Below, in pieces: positions 37,883 through 46,192 of a stretch of DNA of 64,000 nucleotides. The notes below the pieces were generated by a model. The model saw only the letters and a list, made by a program, of their open reading frames with translations. It searched no databases and had not been told where the DNA came from. How positions within the stretch are numbered: position 1 is the first letter of the stretch; every line of letters starts with the position of its first letter. Source of the DNA: Chloroflexota bacterium (GTDB lineage Bacteria > Chloroflexota > Limnocylindria > Limnocylindrales > CSP1-4). Both the position numbers and the translations under genes were made by a program. The stretch covers positions 12,784 to 76,783 of the forward strand of contig JAXDKU010000077.1 in assembly GCA_034667005.1 (NCBI GenBank). The letters are read 5' to 3'.

Positions 37883-38230
37883 TCAGATGGAAGTGTCGGG
37901 CGTTTCCGTCGTGCGGTCGGTGTAGTCGCGCAGGATCTTCCGGCTCGGCCGTCCCTCCACGAAGGGCGCGGCGATCTCCCGGACGCCCAGCATCTGCTCG
38001 CTCGCGGCATAGGCGTCGAGCGCCGCGCGGTCCTGCCAGGTGAGCAGGTAGTAGTGCGTGCCGCTCTCGAAGTCCCCGAAGAAGCGGCCTTCCACGAAGC
38101 CGGGCAGCCGGCCGATCATGCGGATCGTCCGGGTCGCGACCGACTCTGCCTCTTCGGGCGTCAGGCGGGGTGCCTGCCACTCCACCAGCGTCGAGATCGG
38201 TCCATCGTTCGAATCGTGCGCGTCAGCCAT
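37883..38230 (-). CDS. ABM (antibiotic biosynthesis monooxygenase-like) ferredoxin-fold small protein
   Basis: 115 aa. The pattern PGF......F........Y.LLTWQDRAALDAY..S fits the ABM/Dabb fold. Its ATG overlaps the upstream fni stop by 8 nt. Confidence 0.55.
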   Translation of the reverse strand: MADAHDSNDGPISTLVEWQAPRLTPEEAESVATRTIRMIGRLPGFVEGRFFGDFESGTHYYLLTWQDRAALDAYAASEQMLGVREIAAPFVEGRPSRKILRDYTDRTTETPDTSI

Positions 38231-39320
38231 GGTCGTCCACCTCTCGTAGTTGCCTGATCCATTCCGCGGTCTCTCCGCTGACGATCCTGGGTGCCTTCGC
38301 CAGCGCCGTGAGGTCGCTCGACCCGGTCAGGTACATCGCCGCGACCAGCTCGGTGCGGAATGCCTCGATCCATGCGTCGAGTGCCGCGTCGCCGCCGTCC
38401 AGCGCGGCCTTCAGCAGCGGCCGCGCCACGCCGACGGCAACCGCGCCCATCGCCACTGCGCGCGCTGCGTCCAGGCCGCCACGAACGCCGCCCGTGGCGA
38501 TCACCGGGAGCCCGGCGCGCCCCGCCGCCGCGATGCTGGCCATCGTCGGGATGCCCCAATCCCGGAACGCGGCCCCCAGCGCGATGCCCCGCCGATCGCC
38601 GATCCGCTCGGCGCGGACCGCCTCGATCGCCGCGAAGCTGGTTCCGCCTCGACCGCCCACGTCCAGCGCCCGTACGCCGGCGTCCCGCAGCCTGCGGGCG
38701 ACGCCGAAGCTCATACCGCCGCCGGTCTCCTTCGCGATCACCGGCACCGAGACGCTCGCCGCGAGCGCCTCGATGGCCGCCAGCCAGCCCCGCGCGTCCG
38801 GCTGGCCCTCCGGCTGCACCAGCTCCTGGATCGCATTGAGATGCACGACCAGCGCGCCGGCCCGGATCATGCCCACCAGGCTCTCGATCTCGCCGAGCGT
38901 CAGCGCCCGCCGATCCCGCTGGGCCACGAGTTGCGACACCCCGATGTTCGCGATGAGGAACGCGTCCGGAGCCTCGTCCCGGGCAACCGCATAGCTCGCG
39001 GCCAGTGCCGGCTCGACGAGGGCGGCGCGCTGGCTGCCGACGCCCATCGCGATCCCGTGGCGCTGCGCGGCCCGGGCCAGGGCCGCGTTGATGTCCCGGC
39101 CGCCCGCGTAGCCGCCGGTCATCGAGGCGATCACGAGCGGCAGCCGGAGCATGTGCCCGAGCAGCGTGACGGACGTGTCGATCGCGCCGGGGGAGGCTTC
39201 AGGCAGCGCGTTGTGGATCAGCTGGACGTCGTCGAAGCCCGACGGGAGGGCCGGTGGCAAAGCGTCGGCCGCCGCGAGCTCGACGTGCTCGCGCTTGCGT
39301 CGCTCGATTTCGCTCGACAT
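38223..39320 (-). CDS. fni: type 2 isopentenyl-diphosphate delta-isomerase (FMN-dependent)
   Basis: ATG at 39320 (MSSEIERRKREHV). There are matches along the full length to IDI-2 hallmarks: RK..H, SMTGG, MGVGSQRAAL, LNAIQELVQPEG, PVIAKETGGGMS, DVGGRGGTSFAAIE and ATGGVR.G.D.A. Confidence 0.9.
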   Translation of the reverse strand: MSSEIERRKREHVELAAADALPPALPSGFDDVQLIHNALPEASPGAIDTSVTLLGHMLRLPLVIASMTGGYAGGRDINAALARAAQRHGIAMGVGSQRAALVEPALAASYAVARDEAPDAFLIANIGVSQLVAQRDRRALTLGEIESLVGMIRAGALVVHLNAIQELVQPEGQPDARGWLAAIEALAASVSVPVIAKETGGGMSFGVARRLRDAGVRALDVGGRGGTSFAAIEAVRAERIGDRRGIALGAAFRDWGIPTMASIAAAGRAGLPVIATGGVRGGLDAARAVAMGAVAVGVARPLLKAALDGGDAALDAWIEAFRTELVAAMYLTGSSDLTALAKAPRIVSGETAEWIRQLREVDDHG

Positions 39321-39424
39321 CACCTCACCCGCTGGTCGCCGCATACAATGGTATCCGGCCCGGACCGGAGCGCCTCCGCAGGGGCCGGACCGCCGTCGTC
39401 GTCCCGGAAGCTGAGCGGAGAAGC

Positions 39425-40426
39425 ATGGCTGGCCTGCCTCGCGTCGCGTTGATCGTCACCGGCGGCACCATCGATTCGGTCGGCGTCGACCGCCTGGACC
39501 TGGCCTGGTACATCGAGGCCGGCAAGCGCCTCGGCGAAGGCGAGCTGCTGGAGCAGCTGCCCGAGCTGGCGCAGGTGGCAGACGTCGAGGAGGTCCCCTT
39601 CCGCCGGATCCCCAGCCAGGCGATCACCTTCCAGGACTGGATCGATCTCGTGCGCCTGATCGAGTCGATCTTCGCCGAGGACAAGGCCGACGGCGTCGTG
39701 ATCACGCACGGCACAAACACGCTCGAGGAAACGGCCTACTTTTTGCACCTGACGCTGAAGACCGACAAGCCGGTCGTGCTGGTGGGCAGCATGCGCCCCT
39801 CGTCCGGGCTTTCGGCGGATGGTTATCTGAACGTACTCAACGCCGTGCGCGTTGCCGGCGACCCCCAGTCGGCCGGGATGGGCGTGCTGGTCGTCCTGAA
39901 CGACACCATCCACAGCGCCCGCGACGTCACGAAGACCGCCACCTACCGCGTCGAGACGTTCCAGGGCCGGGACCTGGGGCCGCTGGGCTACGCGGACAAC
40001 GACGGGCGGGTCCTCTACTACCACCGGCCGCTGCGGCCCCACACCACCGAGACGGAGTTCAACGTCGACTCGCTCGGCGACCTGCCGCGGGTGGACATCG
40101 TGGTCAGCTATGTCGGCGCGGACGGGACGGCCATCGATGCGGCCGTGGCGGCGGGCGCAAAGGCGATCGTGTCCGCAGGCACGGGCGCCGGACGGCCGAC
40201 CCCCGGCGAGGACGACGCGCTGGCGCGGGCCCGCGCGCAGGGCGTGCTCGTCTGCCAGTCGACGCGCGTCGGCTCGGGCCGCACGGTGCAGAGTCCCAAG
40301 GCCAGGGACCGGGGCGACGTCGGCGCGGACAACCTCCAGCCCTGGAAGGCCCGCATCCTCCTCACGCTCGGGCTGGCCAGGACCTCCGACCCGCAGGACA
40401 TCCAGCGCCTCTTCGACACGTACTAG
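39425..40426 (+). CDS. L-asparaginase (type II / AnsB-like fold, no signal peptide)
   Basis: In ORF 39254..40426; ATG at 39425. Canonical motifs IVTGGTIDS, ITHGTNTLEETAYFL and VLVGSMRPSS...DG..N. Confidence 0.85.
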   Translation: MAGLPRVALIVTGGTIDSVGVDRLDLAWYIEAGKRLGEGELLEQLPELAQVADVEEVPFRRIPSQAITFQDWIDLVRLIESIFAEDKADGVVITHGTNTLEETAYFLHLTLKTDKPVVLVGSMRPSSGLSADGYLNVLNAVRVAGDPQSAGMGVLVVLNDTIHSARDVTKTATYRVETFQGRDLGPLGYADNDGRVLYYHRPLRPHTTETEFNVDSLGDLPRVDIVVSYVGADGTAIDAAVAAGAKAIVSAGTGAGRPTPGEDDALARARAQGVLVCQSTRVGSGRTVQSPKARDRGDVGADNLQPWKARILLTLGLARTSDPQDIQRLFDTY

Positions 40427-40442
40427 GCGTCCGGGGCTGCCC

Positions 40443-40838
40443 TCAATCGCCGACGGGCCAATGCGTCACGGTCAGCTCTTCCATCGGAAAGTCGCGGGGA
40501 TTGCCTGTCGCGAGGTGACCGCCGATCGTGACTGCTGCGGCAGCGATCAGGCAGTCCGCCTGCGACAGCGTCTGTCCGCGCAGCGCGAATGACCGCCGCC
40601 ATTCCCCTGCACGGACCCCCTCGGCCGTGCCCAGCGGAACGATCCGCAGGCCCTCGAAGAGCGAGCCGGCCACGTCCTGCTCGGCGGGTCTGAGGCCTCG
40701 CGTCACCTCCTCGACGTTGATCGCGCACACACAGGCGACATCACCGACGGAGGCGCGTTCGCGGAGGCGCCGTGCGGCGCCCGGCCGGCCGCGCAGGAGG
40801 TCGATCAGGACCGTGGTGTCGAGCAGAATCGCGGCCAC
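40443..40838 (-). CDS. vapC: type II toxin-antitoxin system toxin, PIN domain (VapC family)
   Basis: GTG start. N-terminal ILLDTTVLIDLL supplies the first acidic PIN residue, followed by the later INVEEV and D..IAA motifs. About 130 aa, immediately downstream of a small RHH gene. Confidence 0.8.
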   Translation of the reverse strand: MAAILLDTTVLIDLLRGRPGAARRLRERASVGDVACVCAINVEEVTRGLRPAEQDVAGSLFEGLRIVPLGTAEGVRAGEWRRSFALRGQTLSQADCLIAAAAVTIGGHLATGNPRDFPMEELTVTHWPVGD

Positions 40839-40847
40839 CCGGCGGCC

Positions 40848-41087
40848 CTAGCCGACGCGGGCCGAGTGGGATCGGCGCTGGCGACGGACCCATTCCGCCG
40901 GATCGGCATCCCAGTCGTGGCCGGTGTCGGGCACGGATCCGATGGCGCGCTGGATGGCCTCCCACCGGCGGTCGTCGTCGAGCGCTTCCTCGACCGCACG
41001 ACTGATGAACGAGCTCCGTTGTCGCTTCCCCACGCGCCGGTCGAGCTGGCGGACGACATCCTCGGCGAGGGTTATGTGGACACGCAT
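40848..41087 (-). CDS. type II antitoxin, ribbon-helix-helix (CopG/VapB-like)
   Basis: ATG at 41087 (GTG at 41093 is an alternative). MRVHITLAEDVVRQLDRRVGKRQRSSFISRAVEEAL is a classical RHH beta-strand plus two helices. It ends 10 nt before vapC. Confidence 0.75.
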   Translation of the reverse strand: MRVHITLAEDVVRQLDRRVGKRQRSSFISRAVEEALDDDRRWEAIQRAIGSVPDTGHDWDADPAEWVRRQRRSHSARVG

Positions 41088-41155
41088 GGCCACACGCTAG
41101 CACACAGGCGATCGCTGGAAGCCCACGAGCACAGTCACCCGGACGGGTGCCGCGA

Positions 41156-42376
41156 TCACGCGAGCGTGGCGAGCACCTCGACCTCGGAGTCGCCGCGAGC
41201 GGTCTCTTCGCCGGCGAGCAGCTCGGCGCTGATCCAGACGGTGCCGTCGAGGATGTGGCGGGCCGTCCGGCCGATGGTGACGCTCTCGATGTTCAGCGCA
41301 CCGTCCGATCCCGTCGACGAGACCACGGCCGCGTCCATGACCCCGTAGGGGTTGCCGATGCGGATCCGGCTCGGCTCCGCTCGGCGCTCGGCCGGACGCG
41401 TCACCAGGTGCACGGTCGTGCCCGCGATCAGCGACGCCGCGGCCGTGCAGATGGCGCCGGTCACCTGGTAGGAGCGGTGCGCCGTCTGCATGCTCATCGA
41501 GCGGGCGAGGAGGTCCATGGAATCGGCGCCGATCGTCCCGCCGCCGGACGCGCGGTACTCAGACGGCGCAGCCACCATGCCGACCTTCGGCAGACCCGGG
41601 CTCTGGCTCAGCGCCATTGCCCGGTCCGGGACGACGCCGATCCACTCGGCCACGATCCCGCGGATCTCCTCCAGCGCGCCGGTGAGCCCGGTGTTCGCCT
41701 CGATCTCGGCGGGCGACTCGTCCCCCCGCACGCCGAGGTCCTCCGCGAGCGCGAAGGCCATCGGGTTCGCGGCGTCGACTACCGAGACGCGGACCACTGG
41801 TCCGTCCGCCAGCCTGATCTCGTCCGTGGCCTTGCCGGTGGGGAGCAGCTTTCCGGTGATCGAGCCCGCCGGCTCCGTGAACTCCAGGTCGACGCGTGCC
41901 CCCGTTCCGGGCACACCCGCGATCGCGTAGTCGCCGTGCCGGGCCGCGCGGCCGCCCTGCACCGGCACGTGCGCCACGATGATCTTCCCGGTGTTGGTGT
42001 TGTGGATCCGCACGACGGTCGTGCCCTCCACCGCGGGCACCAGGCCCGCGTCGACCGCGAACGGGCCGACCGCCGACGAGATGTTGCCGCAGTTGCCGCC
42101 CCAGTCGATCAGCGGGGTGCCGATGCTGACCTGGGCGAAGGTGTAGTCGATGTCCGCATCCGGGCGCGTCGGCGGCCCGATGATCGCCGCCTTGCTGGTG
42201 TTCGAGGTCGCGCCTCCGAGGCCGTTGATCTGGCGCATGTCCGGGCTCCCGAACACGTCCCGCAGGATCGGCTCGATCCGGGCGCGGTCGCGCGGCAGGT
42301 CCTTCGCCAGGAAGAAGATGCCGCGGCTGGTTCCGCCCCGCAGGATCGAGATCGGCAGGGGTCGCAGTTCGCTCAC
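41156..42376 (-). CDS. PrpF superfamily isomerase (3-methylitaconate isomerase / oxalomesaconate tautomerase-LigU-like)
   Basis: In ORF 41156..42586. GTG at 42376 has AGGAGA 5 nt upstream. Hallmark N-terminus RGGTSRG.FF and the later DW.GNCGN motif. Confidence 0.8.
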   Translation of the reverse strand: MSELRPLPISILRGGTSRGIFFLAKDLPRDRARIEPILRDVFGSPDMRQINGLGGATSNTSKAAIIGPPTRPDADIDYTFAQVSIGTPLIDWGGNCGNISSAVGPFAVDAGLVPAVEGTTVVRIHNTNTGKIIVAHVPVQGGRAARHGDYAIAGVPGTGARVDLEFTEPAGSITGKLLPTGKATDEIRLADGPVVRVSVVDAANPMAFALAEDLGVRGDESPAEIEANTGLTGALEEIRGIVAEWIGVVPDRAMALSQSPGLPKVGMVAAPSEYRASGGGTIGADSMDLLARSMSMQTAHRSYQVTGAICTAAASLIAGTTVHLVTRPAERRAEPSRIRIGNPYGVMDAAVVSSTGSDGALNIESVTIGRTARHILDGTVWISAELLAGEETARGDSEVEVLATLA

Positions 42377-42399
42377 GTGATCTCCTGCTTTCAGCGGGC

Positions 42400-42999
42400 T
42401 CAGCGCCGCAGGAGCCGCTCGGCCAGGTCGTCGAACCGATCCGCCGGCACGAACGCGACCCCGCCGCCGTCCGCGACGCAGATGTCCCCCGCCTGGACCT
42501 GGACCCCCGCGATGGCCACCGGGCCCCCGAGCTCGACCGCCTCGAGCCGCCAGCGACCGGTGATGGGCGTGATCGAGGTGCTCCACGCTGGAAACGGGAT
42601 CGTCGCCAGGCCCTCCACATCCCGGACCGCGCCGTCCACGATGGCGCCCGCGATGCCCGCCGCGTGAAGGTCGGCCGCTGCCTCAGAGCCGAGCACCGAG
42701 ACATCCACGGCCGGCGACTGGACGACCATGACGGCACCCGGCGTGGCTTCGCGGAGGAGCCGCTTGTTGCCCAGCTTGCCGTCCGGGTCGCTCGCGCGGA
42801 GCGCGCCCGTCTCCATGCGGACGGGGAGGTACCGCAGCGTCAGGCACGGCCCGATGAGACGGGCGCCCGGCACGAGCGGCCGCACCACGCCGGCCGGGAC
42901 GGCCAGGCGGTAGCCCTCGCGCTCGAGCAGATCGCTGAACTCGGCCGAAAGGTCGGCGATGGCGAGAAGCCGATGGATCAGGCCCGGGTCGAGCGTCAC
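42400..42999 (-). CDS. RraA-family protein (RraA / HMG-CHA aldolase / oxaloacetate decarboxylase fold)
   Basis: C-terminal part of ORF 42400..43725. GTG at 42999 overlaps the upstream stop (GTGA). Motifs GSEAA......G.AG.IVDGAVRD and GD...AD..GV..VP. Confidence 0.75.
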   Translation of the reverse strand: MTLDPGLIHRLLAIADLSAEFSDLLEREGYRLAVPAGVVRPLVPGARLIGPCLTLRYLPVRMETGALRASDPDGKLGNKRLLREATPGAVMVVQSPAVDVSVLGSEAAADLHAAGIAGAIVDGAVRDVEGLATIPFPAWSTSITPITGRWRLEAVELGGPVAIAGVQVQAGDICVADGGGVAFVPADRFDDLAERLLRR

Positions 43000-43859
43000 A
43001 GCAGCCGTGCCAGCGCCTCGACCTGGTCCATCTCGGTGAGGACCGGGAAGAGGTACAGGATGTCCAGGCCCGCGTCGGCGTACTCGCCCAGCTTTGAGCG
43101 CAGCGCGTCCTCGTCGCCGGTGTGCACGAGCTCTGGAAAGGGCTTTCGCAAGGTCCCGTAATAATGCTTGAGCTGCTGCTCGCCCAGAGCCAGTCGAGCG
43201 GGATCGGTCGTCGCCGCCACGTAGGCCAGCCCTCCGATCGGCAGGTCCGGCCGTCCGGCGGCCCGGTACGCCTCTTGGATGGCGGGGATCTTCGCGCGCA
43301 TCCCGTCGGCACCGGCGACGCCGAAGATGTAGCCGTCCCCCAGCGTGACGGCTCGCCGCAGCGCGTCGTCCGTGTAGCCGCCTACCCGGATCGGGGGACG
43401 CGGCCGTTGGGCCGGAGGCGGCCCCAGGACGCCGCCCTCGTCGCCGGCCTCGATGGAGCGACGCCAGAGCTCGTCGATCTTCTTCAGCTGCAGCTCGAAC
43501 CTGCGGCCGCGCCCCGCCCACGAGCCCCCGAGCACGTCGTAGTCCTGCTCGCGACCGCCGATCCCGACGCCAAGCTCCAGCCTCCCGCCGGAGATCGCGT
43601 CGATTGCGGCGGCCTGCTTCGCGACCAGGCCGGCGTCGCGCGGCGGCAGCAGCAGCACGGTCGTGACCAGACGCACTCGCGTCGTCACCGGCGCCACCGC
43701 GGCCAGCGTGATGAGGGGATCCCATGCGTCGTGGTCCGGCCGGTCGTGCGCCGACACCGCGGCAAACCCGGCCTCGTCCGCGGCCCTGGCCCAGTCGAGG
43801 ACCCGCGCGGGCTCTACGTTCGTGCCCAGGTAGCCCGGCAGCCCGATTCCCAGCTTCAT
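42996..43859 (-). CDS. LLM-class (luciferase-like, possibly F420-dependent) oxidoreductase
   Basis: ATG at 43859 has AAGGAG 5 nt upstream. Pattern G......A...E..GF......D and R.RL.T.VLLLP.R....AK..A..D..SGGRL.LG.G.G. Confidence 0.75.
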   Translation of the reverse strand: MKLGIGLPGYLGTNVEPARVLDWARAADEAGFAAVSAHDRPDHDAWDPLITLAAVAPVTTRVRLVTTVLLLPPRDAGLVAKQAAAIDAISGGRLELGVGIGGREQDYDVLGGSWAGRGRRFELQLKKIDELWRRSIEAGDEGGVLGPPPAQRPRPPIRVGGYTDDALRRAVTLGDGYIFGVAGADGMRAKIPAIQEAYRAAGRPDLPIGGLAYVAATTDPARLALGEQQLKHYYGTLRKPFPELVHTGDEDALRSKLGEYADAGLDILYLFPVLTEMDQVEALARLL

Positions 43860-43923
43860 CGACACTCCTTGCTGACGGTGTGGTGGAGCGCGGCGCCGGA
43901 GACCCAGACGGGATCGTTCGCAG

Positions 43924-43958
43924 CCGCGTACTTCTGCATGCAGTTACGGTACGCGCGG
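43924..43958. promoter_or_regulatory. nested palindrome upstream of the LLM-RraA-PrpF operon (candidate operator)
   Basis: CCGCGTAC-tt-CTGCATGCAG-ttacg-GTACGCGCGG. The inner 10-bp palindrome is perfect and is flanked by a 7-8 bp inverted repeat. It lies 65-100 nt upstream of the ATG at 43859. Confidence 0.35.
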
Positions 43959-44063
43959 AAGATACGTCAGCATCACCCGGTGCATCGCGGACGTCGCGCC
44001 GCTCGCCGTCCCCGTGACCCTGTGGCTGGTCAGCGATCGTCGCGACCTAAAGCCCCGCTCCGG

Positions 44064-44423
44064 CTATCGGGTCGTGTCGACCACGCAGAAGCGGTTGCCC
44101 TCCGGGTCGGCGAGGATCACGTAGTCCGCGTCCGGCGGTCGCCTGTCCCAGTGGATCTCGGTCGCGCCCAGGCCGATCAGACGCCGCACCTCGCCGGTCT
44201 GGTCCTCGGTGTACAGGTCCAGGTGGATGCGCGGCGGCACCTGGACCTTCGCGTGCACCCGGTCGAGCGAGAGGTTGGGACCGACGCCGTTCCTGGGCCG
44301 CAGCAGCATGAAGTCGTCTGCGCTCGGACCGTCGCGCGGCACGTAGTCCAGCGCCGCCGTCCAGAACTCGGCCTGGCGCTGGAGATCGTCGACACGCAGC
44401 ACGATCGAGCCGACCCGAATCAT
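44064..44423 (-). CDS. VOC family protein (glyoxalase/bleomycin-resistance fold)
   Basis: 119 aa. Pattern V.L.V.DL.....FW...L.Y, ending in H.DL........G......DPEGN.FC. Confidence 0.8.
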   Translation of the reverse strand: MIRVGSIVLRVDDLQRQAEFWTAALDYVPRDGPSADDFMLLRPRNGVGPNLSLDRVHAKVQVPPRIHLDLYTEDQTGEVRRLIGLGATEIHWDRRPPDADYVILADPEGNRFCVVDTTR

Positions 44424-44553
44424 CTGGGCAACTGTGCGGCGCGGGTCCGGCCGCCGTCAAACCCATACCGCACCGATCAACGGCCTCAGGTCTTGGAGGC
44501 CTGCGGCGCAGTGAGCTCGCCGAGCGACCCTGGTCTCGCCGACGTCGCTGCGA

Positions 44554-44583
44554 TTGACCCAGTCGCCCGCCGACACCTAAGAT
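44554..44583 (+). promoter_or_regulatory. sigma-70-like promoter upstream of UbiD-1
   Basis: TTGACC (44554-44559), an 18-nt spacer, then TAAGAT (44578-44583), about 50 nt upstream of the ATG at 44634. Confidence 0.45.
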
Positions 44584-44633
44584 ACCGTTGCATACAACGA
44601 CACACGACGTCGTCGTCGCTGGTGGAGGAGCGA

Positions 44634-46130
44634 ATGGTCACGCAGGCGCGCCCCGATGTCGCGGACCGGCTGACCCCGTGGCGCGACACCCGCGAGTGGC
44701 TCGAGCGGGTCCAGGCGGCGGGCCAGCTGCGAGTGGTTCACGGCGTCGACTGGCAGGCCGGCATCGGTGAGGTGACCGAGCTCCTGGACCACACCGAGGG
44801 CTCTCCGGCGGTCCTCTTCGACGACATCCCCGGCTATCCACAGGGCTATCGCGTCCTCGTCAACGCGAACGGCACGCCCCAGCGCCAGGCGGTGACGCTC
44901 TCGCTGCCGGAGGCGGCGGGCAACCACGAGGGGCTGCGCAACTTCTGGCGCGGCGCGCTCGCCGACCTGCGGCCGCTGCCGCCGGTCGAGGTGGAGACGG
45001 GCCCGGTGATGGAGAACGTGCTCGAGGGCGAGGATATCGACCTGGAGGCGTTCCCGGTCCCCATCTGGCACCCCAAGGACGGCGGCCGCTACATCGGCAC
45101 CGCGAGCATGAACATCCTCGCCGACCCGGATTCGGACTGGGTCAACGTGGGGACCTATCGGAACCAGATCTTCAGCCGCGACGAGCTGGGCATCTACATC
45201 AGCCCCGGCAAGCACGGCAAGCTGATCCGCGAGCGGTACTTCGACCGCGGCCTGCCCTGCCCGGTCGTCGTCGTCGTGGGTGCCGACCCGCTGCTCTTCA
45301 TGGCGTCCTGCGCCGAGGGCATCGCCTACGGCCAGAGCGAGTTCGGCTGGGCGGGCGGGGTCCGGGGACGGCCCATCGAGGTCGTGCGCGGGAAGCACAC
45401 CGGCATCGCGTTCCCCGCCAACGCCGAGATCGCCATCGAGGGCTGGATCGACCCGGTCGAGCGCCATCACGAGGGCCCGTACGGCGAGTGGATGGGCTAC
45501 TACGCGAGCGGCGAGGGCGAGACGCCCGTCATCCGCGTGAAGGCCATCTACCACCGCAACGATCCGATCCTGCTTGGCTGCCCCCAGGGCAAGCCGCCCC
45601 ACGAGGACAACCGCTTCCTCGCGTATCTGAAGGCGGCCCTGATCGAGAACCAGCTGAAGGGCGCGGGCGTGCCCAAGGTCACCGGGGTCTGGACGCCTCC
45701 CGTCGCCGGAAACCGGCTGATGGTGGTCGTCGGGATCGAGCAGGCCTACGCCGGCCACGCCACGCAGGCGCTCACCGTCGCCTCGCAGAGCGGCACGGCC
45801 GCGTACGCCGGGCGGATCGCCGTCGTGGTCGACGAGGACATCGACATCTACTCGATGGACGACGTGATGTGGGCGATCATGACCCGCTGCGATCCGCGGC
45901 GGGATGTCACGATCGTGGACCGAGCCTGGAGCGGGCCGCTCGATCCGGCCATCCATCCCGACCACCGGGGCTTCAACTCCCGGCTGCTCATCGATGCCAC
46001 CAAGCCATGGGAGTGGAAGGACCGCTTCGCCGAGACGGTCGTCACGGCCGACATGGCGCGCGAGCACCGGCGGCGCTGGGGCTGGATCCTGGAGCCCGAC
46101 GCGCCCGATCCGCGCAACCGCCCCGCCTAG
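44634..46130 (+). CDS. UbiD family (prFMN-dependent) decarboxylase, copy 1
   Basis: In ORF 43122..46130. ATG at 44634 follows GGTGGAGGAG. Motifs DGGRYIGT, GTYR.Q, HEGPYGEWMGYY and D.DID..S.DDV.WA...R.DP. Confidence 0.9.
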   Translation: MVTQARPDVADRLTPWRDTREWLERVQAAGQLRVVHGVDWQAGIGEVTELLDHTEGSPAVLFDDIPGYPQGYRVLVNANGTPQRQAVTLSLPEAAGNHEGLRNFWRGALADLRPLPPVEVETGPVMENVLEGEDIDLEAFPVPIWHPKDGGRYIGTASMNILADPDSDWVNVGTYRNQIFSRDELGIYISPGKHGKLIRERYFDRGLPCPVVVVVGADPLLFMASCAEGIAYGQSEFGWAGGVRGRPIEVVRGKHTGIAFPANAEIAIEGWIDPVERHHEGPYGEWMGYYASGEGETPVIRVKAIYHRNDPILLGCPQGKPPHEDNRFLAYLKAALIENQLKGAGVPKVTGVWTPPVAGNRLMVVVGIEQAYAGHATQALTVASQSGTAAYAGRIAVVVDEDIDIYSMDDVMWAIMTRCDPRRDVTIVDRAWSGPLDPAIHPDHRGFNSRLLIDATKPWEWKDRFAETVVTADMAREHRRRWGWILEPDAPDPRNRPA

Positions 46131-46192
46131 AGCAGCGCCGCGTCACAGAAAGTCCGGGTCCCGAACCCAGGCAGCAATCCCAAGGAGGAAGC

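Noticed and set aside
40443-41150. Mobile element or integrated island boundary signalled by the VapBC pair
   Set aside because: There is no integrase, transposase, tRNA target or flanking direct or inverted repeat, and the GC content matches the surroundings. A TA pair alone is insufficient.
43122-46130. 1002-aa ORF suggesting a giant UbiD fusion protein
   Set aside because: The first ~500 codons run antisense to the LLM and VOC genes and across an intergenic promoter region, with typical high-GC noise composition. ATG at 44634 with a strong SD gives a normal 498-aa UbiD.
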